Below are positions 25,648 through 38,151 of a stretch of DNA of 64,000 nt, one piece after another. The notes beneath the pieces were generated by a model that was given only the letters and a program-made list of their open reading frames with translations, was not told where the DNA came from and searched no databases. The stretch is from the NCBI GenBank assembly GCA_964252035.1, contig OZ176204.1. One strand, 5' to 3'. Source of the stretch: Podarcis erhardii (taxonomy: Eukaryota). The stretch's first letter is position 1. Each line of letters opens with the position of its first letter. Both the position numbers and the translations under genes were made by a program.

Positions 25648-26135
25648 GGAACAATTTCAAATCCAACTGTAATAAAACTTTTCGCTTAGAAGGCTTATTA
25701 AAAGAGGAAATGCTTTGTCCCTGCTGAACTTCTGGTGCTTACTGGAGACTATCTTTTATTCCAGCAAGCTATTTTAGCTGATGTTGGATATTACAACTTT
25801 ATCTGATTTTTATCTTTTGCATTGTATATTTGTAAATGCTTAAAGACTATTGGAACTGAGTGGTTTATAAATTGCCTTAAAACAGTTAATAAACAGGACG
25901 CAAAAGACAACAGAGAGATGGTGTCTTTCTGATATGTAATGGGAGGCAGTTCCAGGAGGAGTTACCATACAAAAGGCCTGACTCTGACCTCTTGACAAGA
26001 GGGCACCTACAGGTTTCCCCCTCCTGCAGAACACAATGATCTGCTAGGTATATGAAGGATGGTATCCTTCAGGTAAAATGGATTGTTCAAGCTTTGAGCT
26101 GTGTAGCAACTTAACCATCTATTTAGCTATTATAC

Positions 26136-26468
26136 CTCTTCTTCTTCTTCTTCTTCTTCTTCTTCTTCTTCTTCTTCGATCACTTGTAGCTGAGTAAGAT
26201 TGTCTTCCATAAACATAGTTTTAACAGTGAGTCCATAAGTGCCTGTGGAGGCCAATTCTGGACCCACACGACCCTCCACAGTGGAGATATAGGTTTCCAG
26301 ATGGGAGTTGATCACGGTGAGGGTTTGCCAAACCTGCCTTCCCCTTAGCACATTTCTCCCTTTTGTCCTGAGTTTGAGAGTCTTCAAAGTCCACAACCCC
26401 TTTGGTAAAGGCTGTTCTCCAACTGGAGCGCTCGCAGGCCAGTGTTTCCCAGTTGTCAGTCTTCATAC
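26136..26468 (-). mobile_element. RTE-clade LINE 3' end (non-Bov-B) with (GAA)n tail
   Basis: ORF 26221-26466 (-) reads WETLACERSSWRTAFTKG...HCGGSCGSRIGLHRHLWTH, a decayed C-terminal C2H2-like motif of RTE elements. Confidence 0.85.
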
Positions 26469-26528
26469 TACATACATTATAATACTACTGTAGTATTATA
26501 CCACAGTGGGGCAAGCACAAGCGATATA

Positions 26529-26710
26529 CATAGGAACACAGGAAGCTGTCTTATACTGAGTCAGGCCATTGGTCCATCTAGCTCAGCTACACTGACTGGC
26601 AGTAGATCTCCAACATTTCAGGCAGGAAACATTCCCAACTCTACCTGGAGATGCCAGAGATTGAATGTGTGACATTCTGCATGCAAGGCAGATGCTCTAC
26701 CATTGAGCTA
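26529..26710 (-). mobile_element. tRNA-head / CR1-tail SINE
   Basis: Minus strand TAGCTCAATGGTAGAGCATCTGCCTTGCATGCAGAA...; similar to 21192-21383. Confidence 0.7.
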
Positions 26711-26772
26711 GATGGGTGCCATAGCAGCTAGGGCTAAGCTGGTGCCCCAGCAAAAACAACAAAGCTTGGTGA

Positions 26773-26890
26773 CACCTTAAAAACTAACTAATTTGTTGTG
26801 GCATAAGATTTCAGGAGTCCAATGTATCTGGTGACATGAACTCTGGTCCATGAAAGCTTGGGCCATAATAAATCTGATGGGTTTTCTTCA
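26773..26890. mobile_element. Old Penelope-like inverted terminal relic with decayed hammerhead
   Basis: Imperfect inverted arms (CACCTTAAAAACTAACTAATTTGTTGTGGCATAAGATTTCA / TGAAAGCTTGGGCCATAATAAATCTG) around CTGGTGA...GAAAGCTT. Confidence 0.55.
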
Positions 26891-28458
26891 ACATAGTGCT
26901 AAGCAAATCATTCCATCAGCACAGGGATTTCTCCATGTGCAACATAATGTCCTTCTTGCCTCCCCTCCCCATGTGTCCCCTAAATGTGTTCTGGGTGATC
27001 TCCTAACCCCCCCAGAGAAGATTTGGTGGTAGCATGGGGGGGAGAGGGGGTCCCATTGTATGAGCACTATTCCTTTTACTAGTGCAAATATTTAGTTGAA
27101 TAGTGCCCTTAATCTTTAAGGTGCACACGACTCTTAGTTGCTTTTTTTCTGCAACAGCCTAGCACATCCATCTTTCTGGAACTCAAACCTTGGATTAGTA
27201 ATGACTGTATCTTTGTCTACCTCCCTGTGTCTTGACATCAGCATCTTCAGTGCATAAGCAAACACCCTGATGAACCTCTGGCAGGAAACCTGCTTTGCTG
27301 TTTTTCACTTTCCACTGTTGTTGGTCCAGATGTCCCAAGATACAAACTTTCATCAACAGTTTTCAAAGCAGAATCAAAGTTGGAGGTTGGAGTCCTGGGA
27401 AACAAATGGAACTGCCCACATTGAACCAAAGGGGAGTTCTGAATATTCTACAGTAAATGGTTTGCCAAAGGAGTTTGGCTAGCCGGCTAGCCAGAAGTCC
27501 CCCTTAGCATGCATCATCCTGAAGTGGATGTGGGCTGACATTTTATATTCAAGGTCATTTTTCAAATAGTGCTTCAATTTATCCCCCTTTATTGCAAAGC
27601 CACTAGTGCACTTAATGTACTTCACCTGCAAATTGCAAATTATGATCCAATTACTAATGTGGGACGCAATAGGCTTCCTTCAGTTAAAAGCACAATTCTT
27701 TGCTCTTACATTGGGAGAATATTAAAAACAATCCGTTCCAGGATGTATGTTGAAAGCAACTTCGTTTTCTCTTTTTTTAGCCCAATAAATTAGTGATGAG
27801 CTATGGCTCTCGGGTATTAAACCAAAGAATTGGATTCCTGCTACTGAAAGCACCTATCTCTATCTCTGCTCCATTCTTTTTCATTAGCTCAAACAATTTT
27901 TTAATAACTTTTTCCTGTGGAATCCTGTCAAAAGAGAAGTAAAAAAAGTTTCTGTTTTAAGATCCAGAGTGAAAATGGCAAGGATGTCCATACAAGGATG
28001 CTCTTAGAAACTGAAACAACTCAGTGCATGTTTTAGGCAGATGGAAATCAACCACTTTTGATGCATTGCTTTTCACTAAATAGCAACTCTGAGCTTACAC
28101 ATTCATTCTCATGTAGTTGATGACTGCAGCCCTGAATAGTATTGCATGTGTGAATGAGTCCTCATCATGCACATCAAATGCCAGTCAAGGGCTATTGTTT
28201 ATCTGCTCAAACATGATGCTTGTCAGTAGAGACAACTGGGTGTCCCTTCTCAGGCAGAATTGTTGAAGCCTGAAGAGTTTTGAAGTATCCTAGGAGGGTT
28301 CTTCACATTCTGTGTTCTGTTCCATAAAGCAAAAGGTGAAGAGAATTTGAGATTTCTCCTCATTTGAAACATCTGAGAAATTCTAAAGGATGTTGAAAGA
28401 GTCTCTATAAGACCATAAATGATCTGAAATCCCTGGCTCACCATCTATGTTGCATGAA

Positions 28459-28783
28459 GCTTGCCGATCAGAAGGTTGGCGGTTCGAATGCCCGTGATGG
28501 GGTGGGCTCCCGTTGTTTTGTCCCAGCTCCTGCCAACCTAGCAGTTCAAAAGCATGTCAAGTGCAAGTAGATAAACAGGTACCGCTCTGGCGGGAAGGTA
28601 AATGGCATTTCCGTGTGCTGCTCTGGTTCTCCGGAAGCAGCTTAGTCATGCTGGCTACATGACCCAGAAGCTGTACGCAGTCTCCCTCAGCCAGTAAAGT
28701 GAGTTGAGCGCTGCAAACCCAGAGTCATCCACAACTGGACTTAAGGGTCAGGGGTCCTTTTACCTTTACCTTTACCTTTACCT
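28459..28783 (+). mobile_element. Sauria SINE, 5'-truncated
   Basis: Same body as 32308-32655; ends GGTCAGGGGTCCTTT(TACCTT)n. Confidence 0.9.
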
Positions 28784-28871
28784 GTTTTTTTAAACATTTG
28801 AGGGATTTTGAAGGATTTTGAAAGCACCTTGATAAGACCACCAAATGTTTTGAGGAGGGCTACACATATTC

Positions 28872-29207
28872 AACAGGCATACTGCAAGAAGATCAAACCT
28901 ATCCATTCTTAAGGAAATCAGCCCTGAGTGCTCACTGGAAGGACAGATCCTGAAGCTGAGGCTCCAATACTCTGGCCACCTCATGAGAAGAGAAGACTCC
29001 CTGGAAAAGACCCTGATGTTGGGAAAGATGGAGGGCACAAGGAGAAGGGGACGACAGAGGACAAGATGGTTGGATAGTGTTCTCGAAGCTACCAGCATGA
29101 GTTTGACCAAACTGCGGGAGGCAGTGGAAGACAGGAGTGCCTGGCGTGCTCTGGTCCATGGGGTCTCGAAGAGTCGGACACGACTAAACAACTAAACAAC
29201 ATCAACA
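28872..29207 (+). mobile_element. Bov-B LINE 3' fragment with 10-bp TSD
   Basis: MRREDSLEKTLMLGKMEGTRRRGRQRTRWLDS...SRTRLNN; CAA tail; ACACATATTC at 28862-28871 and 29208-29217. Confidence 0.95.
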
Positions 29208-30142
29208 ACACATATTCTGAGTTTAAGTTCTTATCCCAAGGGAATGTTGATTTGAACTTATGATAACTCTTGGGGATCAGTGAAGTTAACCCTCTTGACC
29301 AAGAAGGAATGACAAAAATGTGTTTTGTTCTAGCTGGCCTGTCCTCCCGTCAAAATTGTTCAGATTACCTGATTAATCATCTGGAAACGTGGTGGTTTTG
29401 TTCCCACTTCATTTTGCATTCCCTTAAAAGCCCCTAAATATATATTGTTAAACTAGGTCTCCTACTTCCCTGATCACAGTTTTCTCATTCTACTTGGAAG
29501 ATGTTAAAAGCCACCTGCCAAAGCATACATTACCACCCACTGTTAAAGAGAGGCCACAACTTAACAAACACCTGGATGGGAACATGGGGTAGGAGAGGAG
29601 GGAGACAGAACTAAATGGAGGTTGGTTCTCCCGAGTCTTTGCGAAGGAGGCAGAAATGAGATCAAAGAATGTAATTATAGCTTCTGGTAGCGGCAACAGG
29701 AAAAGGAGACAGTGAAGCACAGAACCCACTTAGGACAAAAGCAGCTTCCAGGCTCAGCATGAGCAAAGAAAGATTTCAGGGGAAGAATCTTTAAAATTGG
29801 AAATTAGCTGACTTTCTTTTCATTGACTGTGTTGAGATGCTAATGGGATGGTTTGGCTGCAGTGCAGTAATACATAATCAGATGCACAGCTATCTGGCTG
29901 CAAAGGAAGGGAACGTGAAAGGTACATCAAAGATGGCCTTAAAGTTATCTTTCCCAGGAGAAGATTGCTGGGGGCAATTGCACCAAATCCTGCTTGCTAC
30001 AAATGCTCCTGGTGTTTTCTTAAAATGTTAAAGAATGAACAACCAGGGCTTGCCCACAGGGCACTAGAATGCTGCTCACAGCTGCCCACCAACACATGGA
30101 AACTAACATTGTCTTATTGATGTACAGGCAGAAATTAATTTG

Positions 30143-30259
30143 ATCCTGACTTGTTTTTAGGAGATAATTTAATTATTGTTTGATTTTATACTAATGTTAT
30201 ATATTTGATGTTAGCTGCCGTGAGCCCAGTCTCAGCCGGGGAGGGCAGGATACAAATAA

Positions 30260-30309
<50 letters not shown>
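30143..30309 (+). mobile_element. Short LINE 3'UTR insertion (L2-like) with (TTA)n tail and 20-bp TSD
   Basis: TACAGGCAGAAATTA(A/G)TTTG at 30123-30142 and 30310-30329; GGGAGGGCAGGATACAAATAAA followed by (TAT)n. Confidence 0.75.
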
Positions 30310-30311
<2 letters not shown>

Positions 30312-30452
30312 CAGGCAGAAATTAGTTTGCACCTGTGAACATTGTCTGAGGTCAATTCACTCTTAATAAGAAGAATATAAATAACCAACAAAGTGGATGG
30401 CAGTGGTGATGCATAGACTTCCTTTGCTCAACACCCCAAAACTTGTTCCTAA

Positions 30453-30823
30453 GATAAAGGTAAAGGATCCCTGAATGGTTAAGTCTAGTCAAAGGTGACT
30501 ATAGGGTGCAGTGCTCATCTCACTTTTCAGGCTGAGGGAGCAGGCGTTTGCCCACAGACAGCTTTCCATGTCATGTGGGCAGCATGACTAAACAGCTTCT
30601 GGCACAATGGGACACCATAGCGGAAACCAGAGCCCACGGAAATGCTGTTTACCTTTATGCAGTTGCAGTACCTATTTATCTACTTGCACTGGTATGCTAT
30701 CCAACTGCTAGGTTGGCAGAAGCTGGAAGTGGCAACAGGAGCTCACCCCGTCATGCAGAGTCGAACTGCTGACCTTCTGATTGGCAACCCAGTGGTTTAG
30801 ACCACAGCGCCACCCGCATCCCT
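30453..30823 (-). mobile_element. Sauria SINE (divergent subfamily) with 12-bp TSD
   Basis: TAAAGGTAAAGG tail; GGGATGCGGGTGGCGCTGTGG head on the minus strand; ACTTGTTCCTAA at 30441-30452 and 30824-30835. Confidence 0.9.
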
Positions 30824-30848
30824 ACTTGTTCCTAAAAGAGGTTTCCAA

Positions 30849-30890
30849 AGTTCATTAAAAGCTTATCAGTTCATTAAAAGCTTATCAGTT
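30849..30890. repeat. Perfect 19-bp tandem duplication
   Basis: AGTTCATTAAAAGCTTATC twice, then AGTT. Confidence 0.95.
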
Positions 30891-31388
30891 GTTCTTCCAT
30901 GAAAAGAACCATAATGGCAGCCAAGCTTTCCTAAAACACAACTCATCCAATTGATCTTCCATGCAAAGTGCAGTCACAGGGGACAGTTGCAAATATTTCT
31001 AGGTTGCTATGGCAGGTCAGGAGAAGCAAACAGAAGTTCCAGCAGGCCTTTCCAATGCCCAGCATGAACGAAGGCTTCATTCTAGAATTTGTACCAGAAT
31101 CTCCTGCACATTGCTGGGACACTGAGACAATTCTGCAAGGAATCTTTAGCGGATGAATCAATGTACAAATGGTTCCCTAAAGGTGATGGTAGATGTTATT
31201 TTAAATGACTTGACAAATGCATGGGAATGTTAGTGCAAGTTGCTCCATGTAGAACTGTACATCAGGAAAGCATTAAAAAAAATCACATTCCCAAGAAGGT
31301 TGAAGACCTATGGACAATATATGGTGGGATGGACAAATTGCCTAACTTCATACACACCAGCTTCCTAGGGTTTATTCTTACCTTACCA

Positions 31389-31613
31389 GGCAGAGGGCCT
31401 TCTTGGTAGTGAAACCCTCCCAGTGGAACTCCCTCCCATCAGATGTCAAGGAAATAAACAACTATCTGACTTTTAGAAGACATCTGAAGGCAGCCCTGTT
31501 TAGGGAAGTTTTTAATGTTTGATGTTTTATTGTATTTTTAATATTTTGTTGGAAGCCACCCAGAGTGGCTGGGGAAACCCAGCCAGATGAGTGGGGTATA
31601 AATAATTTCTTCT

Positions 31614-31645
<32 letters not shown>

Positions 31646-31678
31646 TTCTTCTTCTTCTTCTTCTTCTTCTTCTTCTTC
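31389..31678 (+). mobile_element. L2 LINE 3' end with (TTC)n tail
   Basis: Matches the 2600-2820 L2 sequence; long TTC run at about 31607-31678. Confidence 0.85.
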
Positions 31679-32154
31679 CCAGCCCCCTTGAATGAGATAG
31701 GAAATTAGCTGTGAGATAAATAAAATAAAATAAAATAAAATGCTATAACTATTTGGTTTTTAGAACATAAGCAACTTTAGCTAACACTGTCTGAGTCAGC
31801 CTTGTAAGGCACACCTTCCAAACACCTGTTTATTGTTCAGGCTTGTTAAAGGAGCATTTCTACCCCCATTCCAAAATGGCATTAGCAAGCAAATTCCTGC
31901 TCATAATAACTGGTTCAAATAGCTCCCGTCTTTCTCAGTTCTTTACTGGTGCAGGCCAAGCTGCTTTTCACTGCATTCATTGCTAAGCTAAGAAGCAGAA
32001 GCTGCTCTTGAAATCTTCCCTGTTCCTTCCTTTCGTTGACTTTTATTTGGCTTTGGGTTTCCTTAATGGAAATATTAATGATGAGGCATTTATTTGAGCT
32101 GACCTTCCTGTCTGCAGGAATATTTCATTCACCACAACGGCAAGCAGGTCATAT

Positions 32155-32253
32155 GGAGGAGGAGGAAGAAGAAGGAAGAAGAAAAGAAGAAGAAGAAAGG
32201 GAGGAGGAGGAGGAGAAAGAGGAGGAGGAGGAGGAGGAGGAGGAGGAGGAGGA
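32155..32253. repeat. (GAG/GAA)n purine microsatellite
   Basis: Direct reading; source of the poly-E ORF 32036-32287. Confidence 0.9.
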
Positions 32254-32307
32254 GAATCAAAATTGTATGTCAGGTTTCATGCTTTAATTATGCAATCCTA
32301 AAGCTGG

Positions 32308-32655
32308 ACGCGGGTGGTGCTGTGGGTTGAACCACAGGGCCTAGGGCTTGCCGATCAGAAGGTCGGCAGTTCGAATCCCCGCTACGGGGTGAGCTCCCAT
32401 TGCTTGGTCCCAGCTCCTGCCCATCTAGCAGTTTGAAAACACATCAAAGTGCAAGTAGATAAATAGGTACCGCTGTGTCGGGAAGGTAAACGGCGTTTCC
32501 GTGCACTGCTCTGGTTCTCCAGAAGCGGCTTAGTCATGCTGGCCACATGACCCGGAAGCTGTACACCGGCTCCCTTGGCCAATAAAGCGAGATGAGCACC
32601 ACAACCCCAGAGTCGGCCACAACTGGACCTAATGGTCAGGGGTCCCTTTACCTTT
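32308..32655 (+). mobile_element. Full-length Sauria SINE with 9-bp TSD
   Basis: GGACGCGGGTGGTGCTGTGG head, B-box-like GTTCGAATCC, ACCTTT end; TAAAGCTGG at 32299-32307 and 32656-32664. Confidence 0.92.
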
Positions 32656-33846
32656 TAAAGCTGGTGTGTATAGGTGGTTTTGATTCCCATCAGAATGAAG
32701 TAAGAGGAGCACTGTTGTACTTCTTCATCCATTACACTTTTTCCCCATTTTACACACTTTCCCTCCTGCTCAGAACAATAGAAAGAAAATTACCAGGCAA
32801 GGCTGATGCTAGCTCCTTCCAGCAGTGCCAGAGTGCTCCGTTGGTGCATTTGCACTGTGCTGACCTCCCCACGTCTTCGTCCTTCTCCCTCCCCATAGGC
32901 AACAGCAACCCATCCAGATGGCCACTGTAAGAACGGGACGTTGGATTAGATGGGCCTTTGGCAAGCTCTTCTGGTGTTCTTATGTCCAGGGCTGAATCTG
33001 AGGCCTTCTGCATTCAAAGCATGTGCTCTACTACTGAGCCCTAGGGAGCAAAGGAGGATCCGGGGGGCTTTTCTATTCCCGCTTTGATATTGTGTGCATC
33101 TAACATCCATCAGAGTATAAAAGGATCCATTGTGAGCCCACCCGGGGGGAGGCAAAGCCAAGCTTATGCTGTTGGGGCTGCTCCAGATCTAGGGGCTGCA
33201 CGCGTCCACGCAAAGGGCGCCCCCCCCCCCGTTTTAAGTGGGGAGCAGTCATTGTGAGAGGCACAGCTGTTTTTGTCAGGTCCTCTGAAATAGCTCCCGC
33301 TTTCATCAAGCTGCCTTTGAATCTCCTCACAATGCAACCTCACACTTGACTGGGCAGTTCGTTGTGGTAACTTTCTGGCCTTCAGAAAAGACTATGTCTC
33401 CAACTTCCCAGAGACTAGCTTCATTACCAAGGGGCTTGCTGGGTTTCGTCCAAGTGTGTGTGACAGAATGACAAGAATCAGTATACCGCAACCAATACCT
33501 GACAGTGCTAATTTTCTAGAAAAAGAGATGCTGGAACTCACCATGAGCATCTCCCTTGTTCTCTTACAATGGCAATGGCACTCACCTGAGAGGCGCCAGA
33601 ACTGAGTTCTGATGTGTTCCAGCTGGAAAAATAAAAAAATAAAACCTGCTTAACACCCAGGACAATAAAGTTTTCTGCATGTTTTGCTGCTAAGTTACCT
33701 TCTCTGCCTCTACATCTCAATCATTTCGTTCTCTGTTTATGTCTCAGTCCTCCAAAAGAAGAATTCACACAGTGCAGCATGAATAGCGAAGAAATCCTGT
33801 GGGGAAGTTCTTGGTTTCTATTCTTTCTTTTGTTTTCACTTCAAAG

Positions 33847-33864
33847 GTCTTTCTAAGACTGCAG
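33847..33864 (+). other. Candidate 18-nt microexon
   Basis: ttctattctttcttttgttttcacttcaaag|GTCTTTCTAAGACTGCAG|gtaatc; open as VFLRLQ or (G)LSKTA. Confidence 0.2.
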
Positions 33865-34556
33865 GTAATCAATGGATTGTTGATTCTCCAGAGATGTTAA
33901 CCAGTTAGTCAATCAGCAGACATAAATCTGCACCTCCAGAAAGTATCCTCTGTTTTAAAATTCAGACCATTCTCTTCAAGTTGAATTTTTTATCTAACTT
34001 TGTGAATCTATGGGGGGGGGGGCTTTTTTTGTTCTTACCAGTGGTCATTCCCTTTGCTGCCATCACTGTGTCTGCAGCTGCGCATAAGAAATGAAAATAG
34101 CACAAAGAGGAAAATGTCACATTTGACTTGGAACTGCAAAACAATGGTGAATGTGCACATGTTCCCCCTGAGATGTGGGGGCAGGGGGAGGCCAGCACAA
34201 GATATAACAGCAGCAATAACTGAAAAGAGCCCCACACACCTCTAATGGGCCAAGATCCAGTTTTGTCCTATTTACTAACATGAATTAGGTGGTACCACAC
34301 AGGCTAGATCCTGGGTTGACGTCCCTCAGGCCCTTGGCTCAAATATAGCCATAGCAACCTTGGGTTTTGCTTAACACTTGCAGATGTTCAGGCTTCCTGA
34401 GGCAAACTAGAGCATAGGCCTACATTTATGAAGTGAGAACTAAAAATAACAAATATGATGATGATGATGATGATGATGACTAATCTGTCCTTCATGTTAC
34501 TGAGGTACCAATACCTGAATTCCTGCTTCAGTGCATAGCATATAATAAATAATAAC

Positions 34557-34922
34557 TGCTTTTGAATTATGGTGCTGGAGGAGATTCTTGAGAGTCCCAT
34601 GGACTGCAAGAAGATCAAACCTATCCATTCTGAAGGAAATCAGCCCTGAGTGCTCACTGGAAGGATAGATCATGAAGCTGAGACTCCAGTACTTTGGCCA
34701 CCTCATGAGAAGAGAAGACTCCCTGGAAAAGACCCTGATGTTGGGAAAGATGGAGGGCACAAGGAGAAGGGGACGACAGAGGATGAGATGGTTGGATAGT
34801 GTTCTCGAAGCTACCACCATGAGTTTGACCAAGCTGCAGGAGGCAGTGGAAGATAGGAGTGCCTGGCATGCTCTGGTCCATGGGGTCATGAAGAGTCGGA
34901 CACGACTAAACGACTAAACAAC
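34557..34922 (+). mobile_element. Bov-B LINE 3' fragment
   Basis: ORF 34672-34917 MKLRLQYFGHLMRREDSLEK...KSRTRLND; CAA tail. Confidence 0.95.
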
Positions 34923-36599
34923 AACTGGTTTTAATTAAGACCTGGATTCATTACTATTTAAAAAACAATGACAAAACATTGCTGACCAGCGGGGATCTCT
35001 TAACCCTCTCCCTGCCAATTCCAACCCAGTCTTTCCACCGGCCATTTTCCAGCACTTTAAGCCAACTTCCTTAGGACAAGGCATTGACACTTTTTGCAGT
35101 TAAAATGCAGAAAGCAAAAAGGTTAAAAGGATAATGTTACTGGAAAGGTACAAAAGTCACAATCCCTACCCCACACTTTTCAGGGTATTTTCACTGACTT
35201 TAATGAGGCCGCTATGGAGACGCAGTGGCCTTTAGGACTAAGGCTGAAATCTCCTCACAGCCTCACTTGTTAATTAATCCTTGTGGGGCGGGGGGAATAG
35301 GACAGAAGATGGAAACTGGAAGCCATTCCAATGAGTTAGCTGATATATTGGATCCCCCACCCGGCACACACTCATTTTCATGCAAATCCATTCATGTTTG
35401 ACAGCGGTTGTCATTAAAGCATGGGGTCACTTTGTAGCCTTGACGACAGATCAAGCTTTTTGTCATTATCTGTAATTGGCAAACTGGGTAACGAGACAGC
35501 ATTCCCAAGATGGCCCTGGGATTTACGTGTGCCTCATTAGCAGAACCAAAGCTGCTCTGTGGCATTCAATGGGCGACAAAGGAGAAATGCTCAACACAAC
35601 ACGATTGTTATATTTCTCTCTCTCTCCCCTTGCATCTCGATTCTCAAAACTCTTTTGCAACTCCAAGAACAGAATATCTTACAGTGCTTCATAATTATAG
35701 ACTCCTCGCAATTTTAAATTGGGGCTGAACTGAAAAGCTGACCCACCCACCCCCAATTTACTGCCCCATTTTAAGGTGGTGCATTTGGGAGCAATTTGAA
35801 TGATTTGGGGTAGGTTTTTTTAAAAAAAGTTCAATTGTTGCAACAGCAATGTGGTTCCCCCTCCCCTTTAAAAATGTTTAAAAATGTTTCAGCACAGGCA
35901 GTGAAAACAACAGAGTTTCTCTCTCTGGCTGCCTCCTAGCGGCCATTCTTTATTTTTTACTGTACCTACATACAGAAGAATGATACTAGGAGAGGCTTAC
36001 TGATTAAATCATTCTAGTTTCATAGAGTCACCATTGCTACTAGTATTCAGTGAGTGGATGTGATTTACTGTACTGGGCTGAAGATCAGTTGTACAGTAGT
36101 CTGGGGCCATAGCAGGTCAAATACCTTTTAGCCCCTGATAAGATGTATTCTCACCCTTTGTGCTGACTGCAGCCAATCAAAGGAAAAGGAGGTGAGGCAG
36201 CCACTGAGGATTGGCTCCTAGGGTCACTCTGGAGAAGGTACAGAAGGAACTCCAAAGAGGACTTGCTCTGTGTACACTAAAGCTAAGCATTTAGGAACAT
36301 TTCAGCTTCCAGAGTTCTGTTACGTACCATGGCACTTGAAAGAAAAAGAAAACAAAATTAAGTCACTCCAAAAACAGATTCACACACATCATGTGCACAG
36401 AATATAATATATCTAGCTGATCTATGTTAATCATTGCATTGCATCCCTAATGATGATTATTGTCTAATCGTAGAAGATTCCATAATTTTAGAAGGGGGAA
36501 TGGCCATGAGGGTGTGTGGCTGTGACTACCATAAAGAGAGCCTGGGCTTCTAAATTTGCCACTACAGCTGTAGGTAAAGGAGAAGCTACAACATTGCTA

Positions 36600-36847
36600 C
36601 AGTGGTTCCTCGGGTTACATACACTTCAGGTTACATATGCTTCAGGTTACATACACTTCAGGTTACAGACTCCGCTAACCCAGAAATAGTGCTTCAGGTT
36701 AAGAACTTTGCTTCAGGATGATAACAGAAATCGTGCTCCAGCGGCGTGGCAGCAGCAGGAGGCCCCATTAGCTAAAGTGGTGCTTCAGGTTAAGAACAGT
36801 GTACGGACCTCTGGAACGAATTAAGTACTTAACCTGAGGTACCACTG
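36600..36847. mobile_element. Tc1/mariner-superfamily MITE with TA TSD and internal 3 x 16-bp tandem repeat
   Basis: TA|CAGTGGTTCCTC ... GAGGTACCACTG|TA; GGTTACATA(CA/TG)CTTCA three times at 36613-36660. Confidence 0.9.
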
Positions 36848-37677
36848 TACTTCCATCTGCCAAGACTGTTTTTACAACAAAGCTTCTGAGACAGCCTTTG
36901 GAACTACCATCGTGAAAGCATTCTTTCTTATACCATGATGAAAAGAAAATATTAGCTTACAATGATCAATGTGCCTATATCCAGCTGGCACTGCCATTTC
37001 TAACTTATTCTCTTTATACTGCATACATTACAATATAGTCTTCATTTACTAAGTTCGGACTGGAACCCGGCGCAGATCTCTGCTCCAACAGCTATTGCTA
37101 TATGCACCCATTTTCTCAATCTTGTCAACGGTTCAGCCAGTGAACCAATTGCTGGTCAATGAAAAGACTTCCAGACAGAAAGCTGACTGGCTTAACCCAT
37201 TCACACACAAAAATAAATTCAAAACAGAATAGAGGAGAAACCAACCAGATACTTTTGACATTTTCCTCCTGTTATCTCAAGAACTATAGCAAAATCCCAC
37301 TTGCTTTTGAATTTGGAATGGCAAACCTGTGGTTCATTACTGTGGATATATTTATAATTTTACCTGCAGGTACTTAAATCAGCAGCACCAGGGGAGCCTG
37401 CAAAGATCACATATTTAGGAGAGTTCTCAGATATGAAAACAAACCTAATTTGTATCCACTTGAGCCTCCTCACACCACTTCCAAATACAGAACAAGCGGG
37501 AAAGATTAATGCTGGCAAGAGATCCAAGAAGTAATCACAACTGCTTTTAGCTCATTATGAAGATTTTACACCTGTGATTAAGGCAGATGTACTCGGTGAC
37601 TTATTCTGCCAGGAGATACCTTCCTGTGCATTTCATTAGCAGAAGCTAAATATAAGTACAACGTGACTCCCTTTTGA

Positions 37678-38151
37678 GTACCTTGGTTCTCAAACGCCTT
37701 GGTACTCAAACAACTTGGAAACCAAACACTGCAAACCCAGAAGTAAGTGTTCCGGTTTGCAAACTTCTTCCAGAAGCCAAATGTGCTCCATTTTGAGTGT
37801 TACGCTGACGTTTTGAGTGCCACACTTCCGTTTTGAGTGTTACGCTGTTTTTGCTATTTATTTTTCATTTTTGTGGCTCTTTTTTTTGTGTGTGTGTGGC
37901 TGTGTGGAACCCAGTTCAGCTACTGATTGATTGATTGATTGTTTGACTGCAGTACATTGTTTATTGCTTTCATTTTATGGATCAGTGGTCTCGTTAAATA
38001 GTAAAATTCATGCTAAATTGTTGTTTTTGGGGTTGTTTTTAAAAGTCTGGAACTGATCGATCCATTTTGCATTACTTTCTATGGGAAAGTGCACCTTGGT
38101 TTTGGAATGCTTTGGAACGGACTTCTGGAATGGAGAACCAAGGTACCACTG
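37678..38151. mobile_element. Longer Tc1/mariner-type MITE with truncated left TIR
   Basis: GTACCTTGGTTCTC ... GAGAACCAAGGTACCACTG|TA; the right TIR end is duplicated (38140-38171). Confidence 0.75.
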
